From positions 62,001 through 126,000 of IMG/VR virus record IMGVR_UViG_3300044825_003205: a stretch of DNA of 64,000 nucleotides; one strand, 5' to 3'. The translations under genes and the position numbers were made by a program. Positions within the stretch are counted from its first letter, which is position 1, and each line of letters starts with the position of its first letter. This document shows, piece after piece, positions 60,555 through 64,000 of the stretch. This DNA comes from an uncultured virus (IMG/VR IMGVR_UViG_3300044825_003205) (Duplodnaviria > Heunggongvirae > Uroviricota > Caudoviricetes). The notes under the pieces were generated by a model. The model searched no databases. It was not told the DNA's origin and was given only the letters and a program-made list of their open reading frames with translations.

Positions 60555-61374
60555 TTTTCAAAATTTTTACTATAGCATCTATCACTGCAGATTTAGCTTC
60601 CTCAGGATTTTTAGCCTTTGGAGCAGGATTAACTTTTGGATTAGGATTTCTGCCTGGGTGACCAGGTTTTATTTTTGGTGGATTTTTGGTGCCAGGTTTG
60701 GGTTCCTTAACACCTGGTTTTGGCGCGACTTTTGGTTCCGCTTCAACCAAATAGTTCATCAAATCCTTCTTTGTAATTTTAGGTGGTAAGTGAGATTCTA
60801 CAAGTTTCATAATTTTTTCCTCCAAGAACAAAGATACGGGATTTTTTCCTTCTCCTAATTGTTTTTTTACTTGCTTAACACATCTTTCCCATTTTCTCGA
60901 TTTTTTTGGTCCCACTTGAGAATGACAAATAGCCCATGCATTATTTTCTTTTTTTGATTCTGTCATACCAACAGAACTCAAATTTTTGTTTTTCTCGTTA
61001 GTATCGTCATCCATACCATCATTAGCTTCGTCGCTTTGGTCTTCGGGTGGCAATTGACCATTAACTTTTTGAGTCAAATCTTGTTGTACCAAATCATCAT
61101 CGTCATCTTCATTTACTTCTTCAGTTGGAGTAGCCTTAATTCCTGTTGCTGTTTTTTGTATTGATAACTTTTTTCCTGCTTCCGTGGGTGGTAATGTTAC
61201 ACCTTTCTCGGCATCTGCCGTCGGAATATTATAAGAAGTTGTTGTTGTTTGTGTAATCGCTTCTCCTAATAATTTTGAATGTAAAATAGAAATTTGCCCT
61301 TCATTAAGTTTTGAAACTGTTTTGGAGGACAACCCTTTTTCAATTAGTTCTAAGGCTTTTTTATTAACTTTCAT
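60547..61374 (-). CDS. modular hypothetical protein (putative head-internal)
   Basis: Acidic, WAICH..WERCV and Pro/Lys-rich modules. Start moved to ATG 61374. Confidence 0.6.
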   Translation of the reverse strand: MKVNKKALELIEKGLSSKTVSKLNEGQISILHSKLLGEAITQTTTTSYNIPTADAEKGVTLPPTEAGKKLSIQKTATGIKATPTEEVNEDDDDDLVQQDLTQKVNGQLPPEDQSDEANDGMDDDTNEKNKNLSSVGMTESKKENNAWAICHSQVGPKKSRKWERCVKQVKKQLGEGKNPVSLFLEEKIMKLVESHLPPKITKKDLMNYLVEAEPKVAPKPGVKEPKPGTKNPPKIKPGHPGRNPNPKVNPAPKAKNPEEAKSAVIDAIVKILKNG

Positions 61375-61759
61375 ATACAACCTTTTTTTCAAACTCGAGA
61401 ATTAAATCATTCTCGTATAATTTATCTTTGATATCTTTTTCGGTTTCTCCGAAACGAAACACTAGTCTTTTTTTGTGAGTTTCATCTTCCTTTTCCCAAG
61501 CCATTGCAACAACATCGTCCATTGCATCGACCATCGAAAAATAATCGGAGTTCTGAATCAACTCCAATTTTAACTCGGTGTTTTTCAGAACTCCTACTCT
61601 TTTAATATATTTCAACTCAGGTGGATGTGGATATGAATTTGATGGTTTACTTTCCCAAGATTCTCCCCAAACATCCGTAGTATCAGAAAAAATAAATTCG
61701 TATAAATTATCTCCTTTATAATCAGGACCAAGTCCATTTATAAAAATTAAATAACTCAT
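61364..61759 (-). CDS. hypothetical protein
   Basis: 131 aa ORF in a tightly packed operon. Confidence 0.65.
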   Translation of the reverse strand: MSYLIFINGLGPDYKGDNLYEFIFSDTTDVWGESWESKPSNSYPHPPELKYIKRVGVLKNTELKLELIQNSDYFSMVDAMDDVVAMAWEKEDETHKKRLVFRFGETEKDIKDKLYENDLILEFEKKVVYES

Positions 61760-62985
61760 ATAACAAATCCCTCAGGAGAAATTTTCACTTGTCCTGATTT
61801 ATTTTCAAATACTAAGTTTTTCTTGTTAGTTTTACCTAAGAAAATATATGATTTATTTTCTTGTAAAAATTTTTTAGAAGAAAGTTCTTGTTCTATTGTT
61901 TCACTTAAGTTCTCAATTGATTTAACTTTCTTGGCAAACTCAGATTTTCTTTTAATTTCTTCATTTACCATCTTTTCTTTTTTGTCTTTCTTTTCAGAAT
62001 CAGACATTTCGAAATACTTTGAAATAACCTTGTCGATTTTTGATTCACTGAAGATACTATCTAAAATTGTATCATGAATAGATGATTCACCCATTTCTTG
62101 GTCGACTGCAACATCCATATCTGCTTGTACATCTTCTACTTCAGAATCTCCCGTGATATCTTCTGAACCCATATCTTCCATGTCCATATCCATTTCATCA
62201 CTTTCCTCATCACTTTCAAACTTAGAAAGAACGTCTTCTTTATCTTCATCACTGAGTTGGTTCAAATCAACAGCAGAAATTACCATGTTCAAAACATATT
62301 TGATATTTTCCGAAGTCAAACCTTTTTCTTGTTCATACTCTCTGATTTTCTGAGTTAACTTTCCTGTCAATTTTTGAATTGATTTAAAAGTTATAATATC
62401 AGCGTTCTCAGACCCTTGACCCATATCATCCGCAGGCATTTCTTCAGCACTCATGTCATCTGCCGGCATTTCTTCTGCCGGTAAACCAGCATCATCAGAT
62501 GGTGGTAAAGCTTCGGGTGAATCTGGAAGTTGTGGTTCAGGAACTGCAGGTGGTTCCGCTGGTGGGGCCGCTGGCTCATCCATCATCGGTTCATCCATTG
62601 CTGGTTGTGGTGTTTTCAAAACAAACTTTTTTTGTTCACCAAAAAGACTAATCTCTTCATCCTGTCCGTTCAATCTATTTGATTCTTTGATAATTAAGTT
62701 TAGTCTTTTCAGAGCTTGAGAATATGAATTATAATATTTTCTATTTCTCATCGGTTCAATATAATCAACCTCTGATTCTGAAATATTTTTTTTGATAACA
62801 TATCCCATTTTCTCCTTAACAATTTGATACTCATTACCATCAGATACATTTATTGAATATTCTGTAGTACTGAAAGTATTTGTTTCTGATTTAGGAACTT
62901 CATTATATCTGGCAATCTCCATAATTCTGTTCAACTTCTCTTGTCCAGTCAATTTTTCACTTCCTAACGGTTTTAATTTTCCCAT
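61756..62985 (-). CDS. acidic hypothetical protein (putative head/core protein)
   Basis: 409 aa ORF with Pro/Asp/Glu-rich tracts and an N-terminal KLNRIMEIA. Confidence 0.65.
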   Translation of the reverse strand: MGKLKPLGSEKLTGQEKLNRIMEIARYNEVPKSETNTFSTTEYSINVSDGNEYQIVKEKMGYVIKKNISESEVDYIEPMRNRKYYNSYSQALKRLNLIIKESNRLNGQDEEISLFGEQKKFVLKTPQPAMDEPMMDEPAAPPAEPPAVPEPQLPDSPEALPPSDDAGLPAEEMPADDMSAEEMPADDMGQGSENADIITFKSIQKLTGKLTQKIREYEQEKGLTSENIKYVLNMVISAVDLNQLSDEDKEDVLSKFESDEESDEMDMDMEDMGSEDITGDSEVEDVQADMDVAVDQEMGESSIHDTILDSIFSESKIDKVISKYFEMSDSEKKDKKEKMVNEEIKRKSEFAKKVKSIENLSETIEQELSSKKFLQENKSYIFLGKTNKKNLVFENKSGQVKISPEGFVI

Positions 62986-63010
62986 TTTATAGTGTTATTT
63001 TTTTTTATTT

Positions 63011-63919
63011 TTAGTTATTTAATCCGTTAAATCCTCCCAATTTTACCGCACTTAAATCAATTACCCAACCTCTTGTTCCTTCAACATAAGCTTGAGGATG
63101 TGGAACATCTCCCAAACTCGCATCCCATGTACCACCGCTAAAACTACCTTCCATCTGATTTGTATATTCATACTGTACGTTAACGTAGGTTGTACCTATA
63201 CTAGTTTGGGATGGGGTTATCGTTGGTGTTGGTGTGGGTGATGATGTTTTGGTTGGAGTAATACTTGGTGTTATTGTGGGTGTGGCAGTTCTTGTCGGTG
63301 TTATTGTGGGTGTGGCAGTTCTTGTCGGTGTTATTGTGGGTGTGGCAGTTATCGTTGGTGTTACTGTTCTTGTTGGAGTGATACTTGGTGTAATTGTAGG
63401 TGTTGCAGTTATTGTAGGTGTCACTGTTCTTGTTGGTGTTATACTTGGTGTAGGGGTAAGTGTTCTTGTTGGTGTTATACTTGGTGTAGGGGTAAGTGTT
63501 CTTGTTGGTGTTATACTTGGTGTTATACTTGGTGTAGGAGTTACTGTTCTTGTTGGAGTTATACTCGGTGTTGGTGTGCGAGTTGTAGTTACAGTGGGTG
63601 TTGGAGTTCTTGTTGTCGTAGGAGTAACCGTAGGAGTTACTGTCGGAGTTATTGTTGGAGTAGGAGTAGGAGTAGGTGTTGGATTTGCACTCAAACATGT
63701 TTGACAGTCTCCATAATTAGTACCCAAAGGACCTGAAACTTGGTCAACACCTGTTGCAGGTTCTGCTGAATCCACAATTTCATAACAACCCCTAGCAGTT
63801 GCACCTGTGAAAATAAGATAATAATTCCCCCCAACCACAGGTAACGTGGTTGAACTGAATTCAACATTCAATGCTGACCCTCCAGCACACGGGGCTACGA
63901 GATATGTGACTAAAGCCAT
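63011..63919 (-). CDS. mucin-like Thr/Pro-stalk protein (probable virion decoration)
   Basis: Cys-containing N-terminal domain, about 160 aa of TPT/TPS repeats, short C-terminal PHP...LGG.NGLNN domain; late motif upstream. Confidence 0.7.
   Translation of the reverse strand: MALVTYLVAPCAGGSALNVEFSSTTLPVVGGNYYLIFTGATARGCYEIVDSAEPATGVDQVSGPLGTNYGDCQTCLSANPTPTPTPTPTITPTVTPTVTPTTTRTPTPTVTTTRTPTPSITPTRTVTPTPSITPSITPTRTLTPTPSITPTRTLTPTPSITPTRTVTPTITATPTITPSITPTRTVTPTITATPTITPTRTATPTITPTRTATPTITPSITPTKTSSPTPTPTITPSQTSIGTTYVNVQYEYTNQMEGSFSGGTWDASLGDVPHPQAYVEGTRGWVIDLSAVKLGGFNGLNN
63200..63682. repeat. coding Thr/Pro repeat tract with 30-bp and 36-bp exact duplications
   Basis: Repeated tgttattgtgggtgtggcagttcttgtcgg and tgttcttgttggtgttatacttggtgtaggggtaag. 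Confidence 0.9.
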
Positions 63920-64000
63920 TTAATTTTTTCTTTATAAATATACGAAACCACGAAATAAGTAGAAAATATTATGCAAGATTCGAAGAACCTAACTTAGATT

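Noticed and set aside
1..64000. Stop-codon reassignment (common in some large phages)
   Set aside because: Core genes are full length under code 11, and TAA, TAG and TGA all end genes cleanly.
1..64000. tRNA/rRNA genes, integrase, transposase, diversity-generating retroelement
   Set aside because: Intergenic gaps are short with no cloverleaf seen; no recombinase or reverse transcriptase motifs, and no TR/VR pair noticed.

Overview
This 64 kb AT-rich, densely coding window (standard genetic code) comes from a large T4-like (myovirus-type) tailed phage. The host is most likely in Bacteroidota: there is a Bacteroidota-type ribosomal protein bS21, a DUF4494 gene, TAnnTTTG promoter elements and A-rich start regions without Shine-Dalgarno sequences. 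The window holds a partial SNF2 helicase, neck protein, family B DNA polymerase, dUTPase, PhoH, a gp55-like sigma factor, a gp5-like baseplate hub/spike, and the head module (terminase, portal, bS21, prohead protease, scaffold, major capsid protein). The most striking feature is two glycosylation islands (about 14 glycosyltransferase genes, 5 SAM methyltransferases, 2 SDR nucleotide-sugar enzymes and 1 nucleotidyltransferase, including a GT60 polypeptide GlcNAc-transferase-like gene). They flank genes for Ser/Thr-rich virion proteins: a Pro-free collagen-like Gly-X-Y fibre and mucin-like TPT stalks. Virion proteins, but not the replication or packaging enzymes, are strongly enriched in a [ST]-[GA]-x-T motif, a candidate glycosylation sequon. 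Together these suggest a phage-encoded virion O-glycosylation system. Other signals: a TATTTAT(A) motif just upstream of 13 structural or late genes, apparent absence of GATC, a structured leader on the DNA polymerase gene, and modular head proteins punctuated by putative prohead-protease sites. All family calls come from motif recognition by eye; no database searches were run.
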